In this document: positions 48,437-59,196 of the stretch, piece after piece | Numbering within the stretch: the stretch's first letter is position 1 | Layout of the letters: the number at the start of each line of letters is the position of its first letter | NCBI GenBank assembly: GCA_051117555.1 | Contig: JBNPEG010000003.1 | Coordinates: 1 to 64,000, forward strand | Origin: Elainellaceae cyanobacterium | GTDB taxonomy: Bacteria; Cyanobacteriota; Cyanobacteriia; CAZCXK01 | Length of the DNA: 64,000 nucleotides | Direction: 5' to 3' | Notes under the pieces: model-generated | What the model was told of the DNA's origin: nothing | Seen by the model: the letters and a program-made list of their open reading frames with translations, nothing else | Database searches by the model: none | Translations under genes and position numbers: made by a program

Positions 48437-48787
48437 ATGGCCCGCTACACAAGTTTATTTACTGTTGGGGCATCACTTGACAATCTCCGGCAGTTGCTTG
48501 CTGAAACATTGCGTTCATGCAACTTTGATATCGTTTATGAAACAGGGGACTATCTCGTAGCGCGTGAGGTCCCCGGACGGGTTGCATTTGCGAAACTAGT
48601 GACTGTAGAGGTCTTGTTTGATAAGTTTCAAGCAACAAGCGATGATGAAGTTCGCATGAATTTTGTAGTGAAGAACGAAGAGTTGCCTTTGAAGGTTGAC
48701 AACCATTGTCACCAAAAATTCAATTTGGTTAGCCAAGCCATTGTAGAAAACGATCAGCTCCATTTTATTGATCAGGTTGCCAGCTAG
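48437..48787 (+). CDS. Conserved hypothetical protein
   Basis: MARYT...DYLVAREVPG...KNEELPL..DNHC. Protein-like composition; function not recognised. Confidence 0.7.
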   Translation: MARYTSLFTVGASLDNLRQLLAETLRSCNFDIVYETGDYLVAREVPGRVAFAKLVTVEVLFDKFQATSDDEVRMNFVVKNEELPLKVDNHCHQKFNLVSQAIVENDQLHFIDQVAS

Positions 48788-48955
48788 GTTACTGATTGAA
48801 GCCGTACAACCTCGGTGGCTTTGACTTGGTAGGCGACCCAGAAGCATAAAACTGCGCCCTACTTGCTCTTGGAGAGCTAAGCAGGGCAGTTTTAGCTGTC
48901 GGCGTGAAACGTTAAGACCTAGCAATTATGTGGGTTTTTATTCACATCTTTGGGG

Positions 48956-49411
48956 CTAGTCTTCGGGTTCACCCACCATATTAGGGCTGATAAGGGTGAT
49001 GTCAAACTCATCAGGTGGCACTGTTGAAATGGCATCTCTTTTTAGCATGTAATAAACTGCATGCACATTGGGGCCAAAAACAATTTTGTCTTCGTCCTGC
49101 AAGTCATGTGCCTGCAGCTTTCGCCCATTAATGAGCAACCCATTTGCACTGGGTTTGCCTTTGAGATTGCCATCCACAATTCGATAGTAGTAGCCGCCCT
49201 CTTCGTTAGGAAGTTGAACAAGAGTGGCGTGCCGACGAGATACAAACTGAGAAACTAGGCGAATATCACACTTGGGATCTCTCCCAATCGAGTAGACTGG
49301 ACTATTTAGTGTGAATTCTCGCCGCCCTTTATTGTCCTCAATAATCAGTAAGTGATTTTGGTGTGCTTCTGAAGCCATCGAGACACTAACCGTATGACTG
49401 GTAACTGCCAA
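48956..49411 (-). CDS. FHA domain protein
   Basis: SIGRD...VSRRHA...SANGLLING...DKIVFG. Confidence 0.88.
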   Translation of the reverse strand: MAVTSHTVSVSMASEAHQNHLLIIEDNKGRREFTLNSPVYSIGRDPKCDIRLVSQFVSRRHATLVQLPNEEGGYYYRIVDGNLKGKPSANGLLINGRKLQAHDLQDEDKIVFGPNVHAVYYMLKRDAISTVPPDEFDITLISPNMVGEPED

Positions 49412-49645
49412 ATCGAGTCAATTGTTGCACGGAGCAAACATCTGACGGTAGATAGAAATACCCCTTCAGTGCATGTTAGGGAGGATTCCATCATATTTCC
49501 CACTACTTTAGCCCAGTTTAGTTCAACTGTAGAGCTAAACGTTCAATGTTTATAATACCCTTTCAGTCGCCGAGATCCATCATGGCGTATGAGGGGGCAG
49601 GTCACTGAACAGCAAATACTACGTAGAATCTACAGGGGAGCTGTG

Positions 49646-52072
49646 TCAGGATGTGCGAAATTTGCGCCGCAGCAGCAGTGAATTGGTAACAACACTAACT
49701 GAACTAAATGCCATTAATGCGCCTGCTGCTGCCGGGCTTAATAAAATCCCAAACGCGGGCAAGAGAATTCCTCCCGCAATAGGAATACCTAACACATTGT
49801 ATGCAAATGCCCAAAATAAGTTTTGACGAATTTTATTGAATGTTGCTTGACTCAGATGAATTGATTCAACGACGTCGTTTAGGCGATCGCGCATGAGAAT
49901 AATATCTGCTGCTTCGACAGCAATGTCGGTTCCAGAGTGTAGCGAAATCCCGATATCCGCCTGTGCTAGAGCGGGAGCATCATTGATTCCGTCTCCAACC
50001 ATGGCGATTTTTTGACCAGTTTGCTGCAGACGAGCGATCGCACTGGCCTTTTCATCGGGGCGAACGCCTGCCAAGACTTGCTCGGAGGATAAGCCCAGCG
50101 TCTTTGCGACAGCCTCTGCTGCAATCTGCTGATCGCCTGTCAGCAAAACAACCCCCAGATTTTGCTGACGCAGTTGATAGACGGCCTCGCGAGCCTCGGG
50201 TCGAATCGTATCTTGAATGGCGAGAATTCCAGCGGGCTGAGCATCGATTGCTAAATAAACAACCGTCTTGCCCTCTGTTAGAAGCTGCTGAGGTTGAATT
50301 TGATCAAATTCAGCCGTAGCAATGCCGCAGTTTTCGAGCCAGGACAAGGTGCCTAAGACGACGTGTTGTCCGGTTACATCTGCAGAGACTCCGAAGCCAG
50401 GTTCGGTGTAAAAATTTTCAGCCGCAAGAGTTGACAGATTTTGCTGGCGGGCTGAGAACATAATCGCATCAGCTAATGGATGGCGCGTACCACTTTCAAC
50501 CGTTGCGGCCATCTGTAATAGTTGGGACTCCGACATTTTATTTGAAAGAGAAATACAGTCTTTAACGATGGGTTGGCCAGTCGTCAGGGTTCCTGTTTTG
50601 TCGAATACGATCGTATCCAGCTGATGAACTTTCTCTAGCACATCTCCCCCACGAATCAAGAGCCCGCGTTCTGCGCCAATCCCAGACCCTACTAAGATGG
50701 CAGTCGGGGTTGCTAAGCCCAACGCGCATGGACAAGCAACCACTAACACGGCGATCGCCAGCTTTAGGCTCAGCAATAGCGGTGAGGTGTGCGCATCTGC
50801 TGTCATACCATGACCCACCATGTCATGGCTGCCCACAGCCCATGTCCCCTCATTCGACAAGACGTGTGACCAGAGTGAGGTGCCGACAAAATACCAAAAC
50901 AAAAACGTCAATGAGGAGGCAGTCATCACTCCATAGGTAAAATATCCGGCGACCGTGTCTGCCAAACTCTGAATGGGGGCTTTCCTCGCTTGAGCATCTT
51001 CGACCAGTTTGACAATCTGTGAAAGCACCGTCTTCTCGCCAATTTGGGTTGCCTTAATGGCGATCGCCCCTGATTGGTTGATGCTACCTGCCATGACAGG
51101 CTCTCCAGGTTGCTTTGCAATGGGCATGGGTTCACCTGTGAGCATGGCTTCGTTGACGGCAGTGTGTCCTGCCAAGACCTCGCCATCAACGGGGATCTTT
51201 TCACCTGGGAGCACCTGCAACCACTGCCCGATTTGAACGCGTTCGACCGGAATCTGAACACTGTTGGAAATACTGAGCGCGCCAGACCCAAGGGATGTCT
51301 GGTTTTGTAGCAGGCGAGCCTGAGACGGCTGAAGCGAAATCAGAGATTGGAGGGCGGATGCTGCCTTGCCCCGTGCTTGCTGCTCCAGCGTTCTACCCAA
51401 CAGAATAAATCCCACTAGCATTACGGGTTCATCGAAAAAACACTCCCACCCTAATGCGGGGAAAACCAAGGCAATCACACTAGCCGTATAGGACGCAATC
51501 ATGCCCAGCCCCACGAGGGTATTCATATTGGGAGAGTTGCGCCAAAGCCCCTTCCAGCCGTCAATTACAATAGAGCGTCCTGGCCCCAGCAAGGCTAGGG
51601 TGGCTAATCCCCAGTGAAATTCGATGGTGCTAAGAATTGGAATCTTAACCCATCCCCATTGCCCTAAATGGCCGACGGCTGAAAACACTAACAAAATGCT
51701 GGCGATCGCCAGTTGCCACCGTCGCTGCTGAAGTTCTAACCGCTGCTTCTCCGCAAAATCAAGTGTCCCTGCCGTATTTTCAGCTTTCCCGTTAGGCGAT
51801 GCGTCATGGTGCGGCAGACGCGGCTCAGACGGAAACCCTGATTCGGTGAGAGTATTTGCTAAATCGGCTGCGCTGACTGCCTCAGGATTGTGATCGACGG
51901 TCGCGAGTTCGGTTACCAGATTAACAGTTGCCGATGTTACACCCGACTGACGCTTGAGTTGATTTTCGACAGCCTGCACACATCCGGCACATTTCATGCC
52001 GCCGACATTAATTGTGGATGTTTTGGAAGCACTGTTAGAGGGGGCGATCGCTTGGTTTTGGCTCGTTTGCAT
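49646..52072 (-). CDS. Cu(I)-translocating P1B-type ATPase, CtaA-like
   Basis: GMKCAGC metal-binding domain, TGEP, CPCALG, DKTGTLT, HP, GDGINDAP and the YN / MAFSS Cu-type TM motifs. Confidence 0.93.
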   Translation of the reverse strand: MQTSQNQAIAPSNSASKTSTINVGGMKCAGCVQAVENQLKRQSGVTSATVNLVTELATVDHNPEAVSAADLANTLTESGFPSEPRLPHHDASPNGKAENTAGTLDFAEKQRLELQQRRWQLAIASILLVFSAVGHLGQWGWVKIPILSTIEFHWGLATLALLGPGRSIVIDGWKGLWRNSPNMNTLVGLGMIASYTASVIALVFPALGWECFFDEPVMLVGFILLGRTLEQQARGKAASALQSLISLQPSQARLLQNQTSLGSGALSISNSVQIPVERVQIGQWLQVLPGEKIPVDGEVLAGHTAVNEAMLTGEPMPIAKQPGEPVMAGSINQSGAIAIKATQIGEKTVLSQIVKLVEDAQARKAPIQSLADTVAGYFTYGVMTASSLTFLFWYFVGTSLWSHVLSNEGTWAVGSHDMVGHGMTADAHTSPLLLSLKLAIAVLVVACPCALGLATPTAILVGSGIGAERGLLIRGGDVLEKVHQLDTIVFDKTGTLTTGQPIVKDCISLSNKMSESQLLQMAATVESGTRHPLADAIMFSARQQNLSTLAAENFYTEPGFGVSADVTGQHVVLGTLSWLENCGIATAEFDQIQPQQLLTEGKTVVYLAIDAQPAGILAIQDTIRPEAREAVYQLRQQNLGVVLLTGDQQIAAEAVAKTLGLSSEQVLAGVRPDEKASAIARLQQTGQKIAMVGDGINDAPALAQADIGISLHSGTDIAVEAADIILMRDRLNDVVESIHLSQATFNKIRQNLFWAFAYNVLGIPIAGGILLPAFGILLSPAAAGALMAFSSVSVVTNSLLLRRKFRTS

Positions 52073-52212
52073 GGATGCTCAAATTAACTAAAATTGGCTG
52101 CAAATTAGATGCGTCTTCTTTGAGCGTAGGCCAAGCGTCGCTAAATTGGCTAAATTATTTTAATTTCTTTTGAGCTGGATGAATCCTGTTTATTAGCCAG
52201 AGGGTGAGTCGC

Positions 52213-52722
52213 TTAGAGACGCTGTGCGCCTGCCACGATTAGCTGCCAGAGGGAATGATTTGCCCAGCCAAACGGCAAACCTGCATCTGCTCCCGGGTAG
52301 CGAGCATAGAGTCGGAGCCCATAGTAGCCCAAAAATAGCGCAGCACCCGCGACTAAAATGGCTGGTTTCATACACCAGCGAATGTACCTGGCGGTGAGCG
52401 ATCGCCCACTAGTCAATTCTATAGAGGTATGGATGGCTGCGATTGCAAACGCACCAAATACTAATGGACCAAACCCGTGATACATGAATGCCTGATTCCA
52501 GTCTCCTCGGGCGATCGCCACAAATGACCGCGTCATTCCACATCCAGGACTTGGAAACCCCATGATTTGTTGGAACAAGCAGGGGTGTTCTGACAACTGC
52601 CAACTGTGGTTGTAGAGAACTGCGCCTGCGATCGGCGCCGCGCTGATTCCAAGAACAATACCCCTCAAGAAGCGGCCATTCGCTGATAGGCGGGATTGAT
52701 TGAATATGATCATACGACCCAA
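52213..52722 (-). CDS. DUF2752 domain membrane protein
   Basis: PCLF...G.PSPGCGMTRS....GDW..A...H. Confidence 0.8.
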   Translation of the reverse strand: MGRMIIFNQSRLSANGRFLRGIVLGISAAPIAGAVLYNHSWQLSEHPCLFQQIMGFPSPGCGMTRSFVAIARGDWNQAFMYHGFGPLVFGAFAIAAIHTSIELTSGRSLTARYIRWCMKPAILVAGAALFLGYYGLRLYARYPGADAGLPFGWANHSLWQLIVAGAQRL

Positions 52723-52747
52723 ATCTACGCTAGATTAGCAGGCTGCA

Positions 52748-53035
52748 CTAAAACCATTCTCTCTTATTAACAAGGTACGTATTGACAAACTCTTCATCCG
52801 TTTTGGTGAGGTAGATGATTCCTTCGGCTAAACCGATGGCGCCCATAGCGACGGTTGCTAAAACAGGAAACCCAAAACATGAAAGCGCCATCCCCGCAAG
52901 GGAAACCGCCAGCATGATAATGCCTTCTTGGGTGTAGCCCAAAATAAATTTGTGAACGCCAAGCGCACCGAGCAGAATTCCGCAAATACCCGCCGCAATT
53001 TTCTTATTGGCGTCTTCGGGGGAAGGTCCGGTCAT
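52748..53035 (-). CDS. TM2 domain protein (copy 2)
   Basis: KKIAAGICGILLGALGVHKFILGY...EGIIYLTKTDEEF. ATG 53035 follows AGAGGGA. Confidence 0.88.
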   Translation of the reverse strand: MTGPSPEDANKKIAAGICGILLGALGVHKFILGYTQEGIIMLAVSLAGMALSCFGFPVLATVAMGAIGLAEGIIYLTKTDEEFVNTYLVNKREWF

Positions 53036-53068
53036 GATATCCCTCTTGACAGGTGACAATAATAATCG

Positions 53069-53257
53069 TCATTTATGCGTATTCAAATGATTTCTTGAGT
53101 AGATGTAGCAATAAATCAGTGCTCCAATTTGCAGAGGCACGAGAGTCAGATAGCCCTTTAGACCCGGATAAATGTCTAGCTGGGAAAATGTGCCAAAGTA
53201 TCCTGCTCCTGCTAGTGCGAATATTAAGACGATGAAGAATCGCTTATAGTGATGCAT
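53069..53257 (-). CDS. Small two-TM hypothetical protein
   Basis: 62 aa, MHHYKRFFIVLIFALAGAGYFG...LQIGALIYCYIY, tightly packed between the TM2 genes. Confidence 0.6.
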   Translation of the reverse strand: MHHYKRFFIVLIFALAGAGYFGTFSQLDIYPGLKGYLTLVPLQIGALIYCYIYSRNHLNTHK

Positions 53258-53294
53258 GACGTTTCTGCTCTCGCGTCTTTGAATGACTACATAT

Positions 53295-53558
53295 TTAGAA
53301 CCAACCTTTCTTGTTATTGATATAGGTTTGCACAAATTCTTCATCAGTCTTGGTGAGATAAATAATGCCTTCAACCAGCCCGATGATGCCGATCACGGGC
53401 GAGGCAATGAAGCACGTTAGGACGCTGACCAGCAACATGATCAGCCCCTCTGTTTGATACCCCAGTATAAACTTATGAATCCCCAGCGATCCCAGCAAAA
53501 TTCCGCAGATACCGGCTGCAATTTTTTTCTCTGCGCCTGGAAGAGAGCCGTTTGCCAT
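53295..53558 (-). CDS. TM2 domain protein (copy 1)
   Basis: KKIAAGICGILLGSLGIHKFILGY...EGIIYLTKTDEEF. RBS AGGAG upstream. Confidence 0.9.
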   Translation of the reverse strand: MANGSLPGAEKKIAAGICGILLGSLGIHKFILGYQTEGLIMLLVSVLTCFIASPVIGIIGLVEGIIYLTKTDEEFVQTYINNKKGWF

Positions 53559-53725
53559 TGAGGAATACTCCTAATTAATAATCCTTCTGTATCATTCATT
53601 ACGCAGCAAGTATACCCACTTCCGCATAGAGTTCGCCAATAAAGCAATAAATTAGTATTAATCTGTTCTGGCGAGTGTTGCTCACCCCAGCGCCATGATA
53701 TGCGGATATATGGAGAGAACTAAAA

Positions 53726-54499
53726 ATGGATGTAATTCCAGCTATTGATTTGTTAGACGGACGCTGCGTTCGGCTCTATCAGGGAGACTACGAGCGATCG
53801 CAGGTGTTTGGTGACGATCCGGTCGTTGTAGCGAAACAGTGGTCTGATCAGGGGGCACCCCGATTGCATCTTGTCGATTTGGATGGGGCAAAAGCAGGAC
53901 ATCCTGTCAATCAGTCAGTTATTGAAGCGATTATTCGTGCAGTTGATATCCCTGTCCAGGTTGGAGGAGGGTTGCGCGATCGCCACAGCATTTCTGATTT
54001 GTTCTCAATAGGGGTGAATCAGGCAATTTTAGGAACTGTTGCAGTCGAAAATCCAGATTTGGTCGCGCAATTGTGTGAGGAGTTTCCCGAACAAATCATC
54101 GTCGGCATCGATGCTCGCGATGGTAAGGTTGCAACTCGTGGTTGGATTGAGATGTCGGAAATTGGCGCAGTTGATCTCGCTCGACAAATGACCGAGCGCG
54201 GAGTCAGTCGCCTCATTTATACCGATATTCATCGAGATGGAACATTACAAGGTCCTAACCGGCAGGCATTGAGAGATTTAGCAGACGCTGTCTCGATTCC
54301 TGTAATTGCCTCTGGTGGAATTTCTTCTATCACAGATCTGCTGAGCTTACTTGCCCTTGAACCTGTGGGCGTCAGTGGAGTCATCATTGGGCGAGCTCTC
54401 TATACCGGAGACATTTCACTAAAGGAGGCAATTCGCGCGGTCGGTCCGGGTCGGTTGCAAGATATTCCACCTGATTTTGGGTCTTCAGCCTTCGCTTAA
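53726..54499 (+). CDS. hisA: ProFAR isomerase
   Basis: IPAIDL...[35 protein letters not shown] and IIGRALY. Confidence 0.96.
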   Translation: MDVIPAIDLLDGRCVRLYQGDYERSQVFGDDPVVVAKQWSDQGAPRLHLVDLDGAKAGHPVNQSVIEAIIRAVDIPVQVGGGLRDRHSISDLFSIGVNQAILGTVAVENPDLVAQLCEEFPEQIIVGIDARDGKVATRGWIEMSEIGAVDLARQMTERGVSRLIYTDIHRDGTLQGPNRQALRDLADAVSIPVIASGGISSITDLLSLLALEPVGVSGVIIGRALYTGDISLKEAIRAVGPGRLQDIPPDFGSSAFA

Positions 54500-55809
54500 A
54501 CCGCCTCTAGCCCGCTATGAACCCCAATCGCAGGTGTGATAGTGGGCTTATAAAGCGCCTCACGAGTTTCTACCATCGCTTCGATTAATCGATCTATTTC
54601 TTCGTGAGTATGGAGAGCATTGGCTGTGATGCGAAGCCGAGGCTTCGCGATAAACCAAATTGGAGAAACCCAGATGCCATATTCCTTGATCATCGTCTGA
54701 CCAAAGAGCTTCGGATCGACATCGGTTGGCAAAATGACAGGAATCACGTTGGTTTCGCCAATCGCATCAAAATCATGCTCGATCAGGCGCGATCGCAAAT
54801 AGCGTGTATTGTCTTGCAATCGTTGAACGAGTTCGGGCATTTGTTTGACCTGACGAATGCTCTCAAGCGCAGCGGCTGTTGTTGGAGGCGGGAGGGAAAT
54901 TGTCCCGATCGAGGTTGGGGAGACGTTTAGCAGCGGCTTTAGCTCAGCCACGTTGCTGCTAATGGCAGCTCCTGCAGATGCCGCAAATTTGGAAAATGTG
55001 GACATAATCAGCGGAACGATGCCTCGCTCAATGGCGTGCTGAGGGCGAATGCCAAAATGTTCGTAAATACCGCGACCCGTCGCACCAATCGCTCCACTGG
55101 CATGTGCTTCGTCCATGACGAGAACACTGCCCTCATAGTTTGCCATAACATCGATCATGCCAGGGAGCGGGGCAATGTCTCCATCCATCGAAAAGACAGC
55201 ATCTGAAATGACCATAATGCGGTCATCAGGTCGGGCATACCGCTTCAGCTTTCGGGCTAAGTCTTCAGTATCGCAGTGACGATACGCACGAACGCGAACC
55301 CGGGGGCTATAGCCAAATAGCTTGCCTGAACGGGTTCCAGCATTTGTTATTGCAGAAACAATGCAGCCGTGATTGAGAACATCACTCAAAATCAACGTTT
55401 CACGAGTATTCTGAAAGCCGGGAACCGGAATAGCGAGATGGCAAAACGCATCCATCAGTGCTTGTAATGCCATCCAAGCATTCAAGAATAGCTGGGTATG
55501 CGATAAATGCTTGAATGTCGAGATTTCATCTTCGAGTTGCCGATGCAGGTCAATGCGACCGCTCAAGACTGAGCACGAGCTATTTGACGTGCCGTACTGC
55601 ATGATTGCGTCAATTGCAGCTTGCTGCACGTGCTTATTTTGCACCAATCCGAGGACATCGTTGGTACAAAACGTTAGCACCGTCCGGCGATCGCCACTCG
55701 ACGCTTCCTCGATGTCGATAAAATTGCCATGCCTTCCATGACAGATATATTCATCAGGGTCTAATCCGCTTTCGTACCAGCGTTGAACGTATTCTTTAAC
55801 GACTTGCAC
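54496..55809 (-). CDS. PLP-dependent alpha-oxoamine synthase family (BioF/SPT/KBL-like), divergent
   Basis: [36 protein letters not shown] (PLP Lys) and RLRIT. GTG 55809 is preceded by GAGGGGAG. Confidence 0.85.
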   Translation of the reverse strand: MQVVKEYVQRWYESGLDPDEYICHGRHGNFIDIEEASSGDRRTVLTFCTNDVLGLVQNKHVQQAAIDAIMQYGTSNSSCSVLSGRIDLHRQLEDEISTFKHLSHTQLFLNAWMALQALMDAFCHLAIPVPGFQNTRETLILSDVLNHGCIVSAITNAGTRSGKLFGYSPRVRVRAYRHCDTEDLARKLKRYARPDDRIMVISDAVFSMDGDIAPLPGMIDVMANYEGSVLVMDEAHASGAIGATGRGIYEHFGIRPQHAIERGIVPLIMSTFSKFAASAGAAISSNVAELKPLLNVSPTSIGTISLPPPTTAAALESIRQVKQMPELVQRLQDNTRYLRSRLIEHDFDAIGETNVIPVILPTDVDPKLFGQTMIKEYGIWVSPIWFIAKPRLRITANALHTHEEIDRLIEAMVETREALYKPTITPAIGVHSGLEAV

Positions 55810-56399
55810 AGTAATACTCCCCTCACCTTCTTGATATATAGATAGCCAATTAGACTCTGACTCGATCACATGCGGTTCTGACAAGATGCGCTACCTACGC
55901 CTGAACCAACATTTGATGAAAGAGACTCTCATGACCGTGATCTTGACCTTAGAACCATTCTCTCAAGAATGGAATTTTAAAAAAGAGGGCTAATTAATCA
56001 CCTCTTCTTACGACTTTGCCAGAAACTTATGAGTGCGTCTGGTGGTGTTGTGACAGTTCCGTTCATTCAAATGTGTAAAGTCCTGATAATTCGACGTTTT
56101 CAGACCATAGCCCGGAATCGAGAGACAGGAATTTCCCTCTGTGCATCACTGCCTGAGTCATTTTGGGATCAGTCCTGAAATGAATCTAACGGTGGGCTCG
56201 ATTGTCCTGTATATTCTTACATACTATATTTTGGGCTCGATCGTGGACTTGACACTCGCTGACTGGATCTCTGAGTAGCATTGGGCAAAACGCTAGATAA
56301 ACTTTCCCTAAACGTTTAATCTTAATTGGATTACGCACTAGAGTGCGAATTCATAGAATATTTGAAGTGTGGCAATTTGTGAACTGTCGCAATGGATGG

Positions 56400-57533
56400 C
56401 TATTGATGCTGTAAAGTCTCTGCGGGTTTGGATGCAGAATTGTTTGAACTGGGGTGAGCTGTGATGTCTGGAGAGGTGGTAAGGTCGGGTTGCATAAATT
56501 GTTCGTACTGCCTGACGATCACTCGCTGGAGAGCAATGATAGCAGGATTAATTTCAACGTAACGCTGCTTAGGATTTCTGAGATAGGTCTGCTGTTCGCT
56601 TTCCATCATGTCAATGTCTTGAGCTAAGAATCGATTCAGCATAAAGCGCTCAATGATGACGCTAAGCAGCGGCTTAAAGGGATTTAGCAGCCACTTTGGC
56701 ACCCTGACCTTAAAAAAGAACAAGGCAAACGATCGACTTTCGGCTAGCCCGACTGGAAGCCGCATCAGATATAGCGAAGACACTCCAGGCATTGAGCTGG
56801 CAAAGTGGGGATAGCGATAGTGAACGTTAATTGGCAGCGTGGTCACCTCGTCGGAGCGATCGCTCAATCCCAGAAATTTTGCTAGCCGCCCCTTGTAAGA
56901 TACGTGATATTCGGCGCGAACCGATGAGTGCGTCGTTTCGAGATTGGTAAGAATCGGATTAAACCATCCTTGAAGATCCTGATGAAGAAATCCGTGAAAT
57001 ACATCCATTGCGTTTTCATTGCACACTGAAAAATGAGCCTTAAAGTGAGCAGTGACGCGCACCATGAGCCAATCGTCTTGTTGATCGAATTCTGGTACTG
57101 CCAGCACTGGACGCTCGGGTGCTACGTCTGAATCACCGGGAAAGATCCAGATGAGCCCATATTTTTCTTGGATAGGATAGCTGCGAGCAACGGCACAGGG
57201 AAGCTTTTGGTCATCAGATAAATAGGGAATATTGACACAGCGCCCCTGTCCATCAAACTCCCAACCATGATAGGGGCAGACAATATGAGCGCCACTCACC
57301 TGGCCTTTATGGAGCGCAACACCTCGATGGGGACACGCGTTCTCAAGAGCATGGAGGTGTCCGTCTGCATCTCGATACACCGCGATCGCCTGCTGCCAAA
57401 TTTCAGCAGCCATCATTTTCCCGGGTTTTAGCTGATCTGCCCACCCGAGTGGATACCAGTGATTCGGATTAATTCCTACCTCTCGAATCACATTTTGGAC
57501 AGTTTCACCTTTGAGGATTGGTGCCGATTCCAT
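56400..57533 (-). CDS. Rieske non-heme iron oxygenase alpha subunit
   Basis: Rieske motif CPHRG...CPYHGW and mononuclear Fe motif ENAMDVFHGFLH...QD. ATG 57533 is the likely start. Confidence 0.92.
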   Translation of the reverse strand: MESAPILKGETVQNVIREVGINPNHWYPLGWADQLKPGKMMAAEIWQQAIAVYRDADGHLHALENACPHRGVALHKGQVSGAHIVCPYHGWEFDGQGRCVNIPYLSDDQKLPCAVARSYPIQEKYGLIWIFPGDSDVAPERPVLAVPEFDQQDDWLMVRVTAHFKAHFSVCNENAMDVFHGFLHQDLQGWFNPILTNLETTHSSVRAEYHVSYKGRLAKFLGLSDRSDEVTTLPINVHYRYPHFASSMPGVSSLYLMRLPVGLAESRSFALFFFKVRVPKWLLNPFKPLLSVIIERFMLNRFLAQDIDMMESEQQTYLRNPKQRYVEINPAIIALQRVIVRQYEQFMQPDLTTSPDITAHPSSNNSASKPAETLQHQ

Positions 57534-57680
57534 CTGCGCTGCTCTTCCCTTTGTTCTCAAACTGTTCTCAAACGATATTCAATGCTGACTAATTCTCAAT
57601 TGAATCAGCCTGAGTGACCAATAAGTGGCCAAATATTTATCATGGCATAATCAAGCTCTTACCCTATGAGAAGGGAATTG

Positions 57681-57764
57681 CTATAGCGACCTAAATCGCT
57701 TGTGAATTGTGAGCGGTGGGGCAGGCGCCGCTCACAATTCACAACCCATCTGGGATTGCTGTAG
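57681..57764 (+). mobile_element. Very small dispersed repeat, same family as 45259
   Basis: CTATAGCGACCTAAATCGCTTGTGAATTG...CACAACCCATCTGGGATTGCTGTAG, with an inner TTGTGAATTGTGAGCGG/CCGCTCACAATTCACAA hairpin. Confidence 0.75.
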
Positions 57765-57852
57765 AGGGGTTGTTCATTGCCAATTGCGGCTATGTTTTAG
57801 ATTATTTTTATACGTCAATGCTCCTAGTCAGTCAATTTTGAAGAATTGACCA

Positions 57853-59175
57853 TTGTGTGTTCTTATTACTATCCTACGGCTGATTTACGGGCTGAATTCG
57901 GTCATTATTAATGAGTGGTATAGTCGCAAACGTGCAGGAATTATGCCGCCGTTTTTGAAATTCTCTATGTTGCCTGCTACAAAACCATCGGCTAGAAATA
58001 ATCCGGATCCGAATTCTCGGCAGAAATTCTATCAGCTTTGCGTGCTGGTCGCAGCCGGATGTTTAACGACGATGACGGGCGGGGTGGTTTCACCAATCTT
58101 GCCAGAGATGATGCAACAGCTTAGCCTCGATCGGCAATGGGCGGGGACATTGGTCAGCATACACGCGTTGGCGATCGCCATATTTACGCCTCTGTTGGGC
58201 ATCCTGGCCGATCGAATTGGCAAGCTGAGAGTGTTGATCCCCGCCTTAATGCTGTATGCAGTCTTTGGGGTCGTCGGAGCGTTTGTACCCACTCTGCCGC
58301 CATTGCTCGCGACGCGGATATTACTTGGGATCGCCAGCGCTGGCATCGCTGCGGCAAGCATTGGGCTGCTAGGGACCATGTATGAGGGTGAGGCGCGATC
58401 GCGCATTTTGGGATACGCGACGAGTGCGATGACCACGGCAAGCATTTTGATTCCGATTGTGGGGGGATGGGTCGGTTCATTTCACTGGCGATTTGCGTTT
58501 TTTCTGTATGGATTGAGTCTTCCTACTGCCTTGGTTGCCGTTTTGCTGCTCAGAGAAACCCGATCGCATTCGTCCAGCCTCATTCCGGCTGGACAGAACA
58601 AGATTTTGGTTCAAACCATTCGAAAGCCCGAGGTGCTGAGGCTATATCTGACCATCATGCTGGCGGCGGCAATCGTCTATGCAGTTGTTATCTATACTCC
58701 GATTTACCTCAAAACGGTTATGGGTGCAGGGCCTGCCCTAAATGGGTTTGTATTGGGCATTCGGGCGATCGGAGCAGCGGTAGTCTCTGCGGTGCTTGCT
58801 AGCCGATTGGCAAAGCGCCTCGGAACTAACCAAACTATTGCCTTAGGATTCATCGTCATGGCACTCATGCTAATGACAATTCCGTTTCTCGACGAGCTGC
58901 GATGGATCTTGCCCACGGCAGTTTTGTTTGGTATGGGGTTCGGTGTGGCTATTCCGAATATATATAATGCCCTGGCTACTCTTGCGCCAGTCGACGTGCG
59001 ATCGAGCGTGCTCGCAATCGGAACAGGGGCTAACTCTCTAGGACAATTTATCTCACCCCTTATGCTCGGACCCATTTGGGATACAGTCGGACTTGCTGCC
59101 GTATTCTTTGGTGCGTCAGGGGTTGCTCTCATCGTTGGCTTACTCGTTTTCTTTCAGCGAGAATTGGAATCGTGA
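57853..59175 (+). CDS. MFS transporter (drug:H+ antiporter-like exporter); true start probably about 57943-57967
   Basis: About 12 TM segments, motif A GILADRIGK, and WRFAF. Confidence 0.9.
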   Translation: MCVLITILRLIYGLNSVIINEWYSRKRAGIMPPFLKFSMLPATKPSARNNPDPNSRQKFYQLCVLVAAGCLTTMTGGVVSPILPEMMQQLSLDRQWAGTLVSIHALAIAIFTPLLGILADRIGKLRVLIPALMLYAVFGVVGAFVPTLPPLLATRILLGIASAGIAAASIGLLGTMYEGEARSRILGYATSAMTTASILIPIVGGWVGSFHWRFAFFLYGLSLPTALVAVLLLRETRSHSSSLIPAGQNKILVQTIRKPEVLRLYLTIMLAAAIVYAVVIYTPIYLKTVMGAGPALNGFVLGIRAIGAAVVSAVLASRLAKRLGTNQTIALGFIVMALMLMTIPFLDELRWILPTAVLFGMGFGVAIPNIYNALATLAPVDVRSSVLAIGTGANSLGQFISPLMLGPIWDTVGLAAVFFGASGVALIVGLLVFFQRELES

Positions 59176-59196
59176 TTCTTTCACAGAATTCTATAC

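Noticed and set aside
53589..53602. NtcA-like site GTA-N8-TAC between the TM2 operon and hisA
   Set aside because: It is a short motif expected by chance. The nearest TAN3T is 24 nt away rather than about 22, and it is too close to the TM2 start on the other strand.
55886..55993. 35-aa plus-strand ORF (MRYLRLNQHL...) as a possible precursor peptide for the cluster
   Set aside because: It has no RBS or leader/core pattern, runs antisense to the cluster, and the neighbouring enzymes are not typical RiPP maturases.
57705..57739. lac operator-like AATTGTGAGCGG...CCGCTCACAATT (possible vector contamination)
   Set aside because: It forms the inner hairpin of a native dispersed repeat that has a homolog at 45259. 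No other vector sequence is present.
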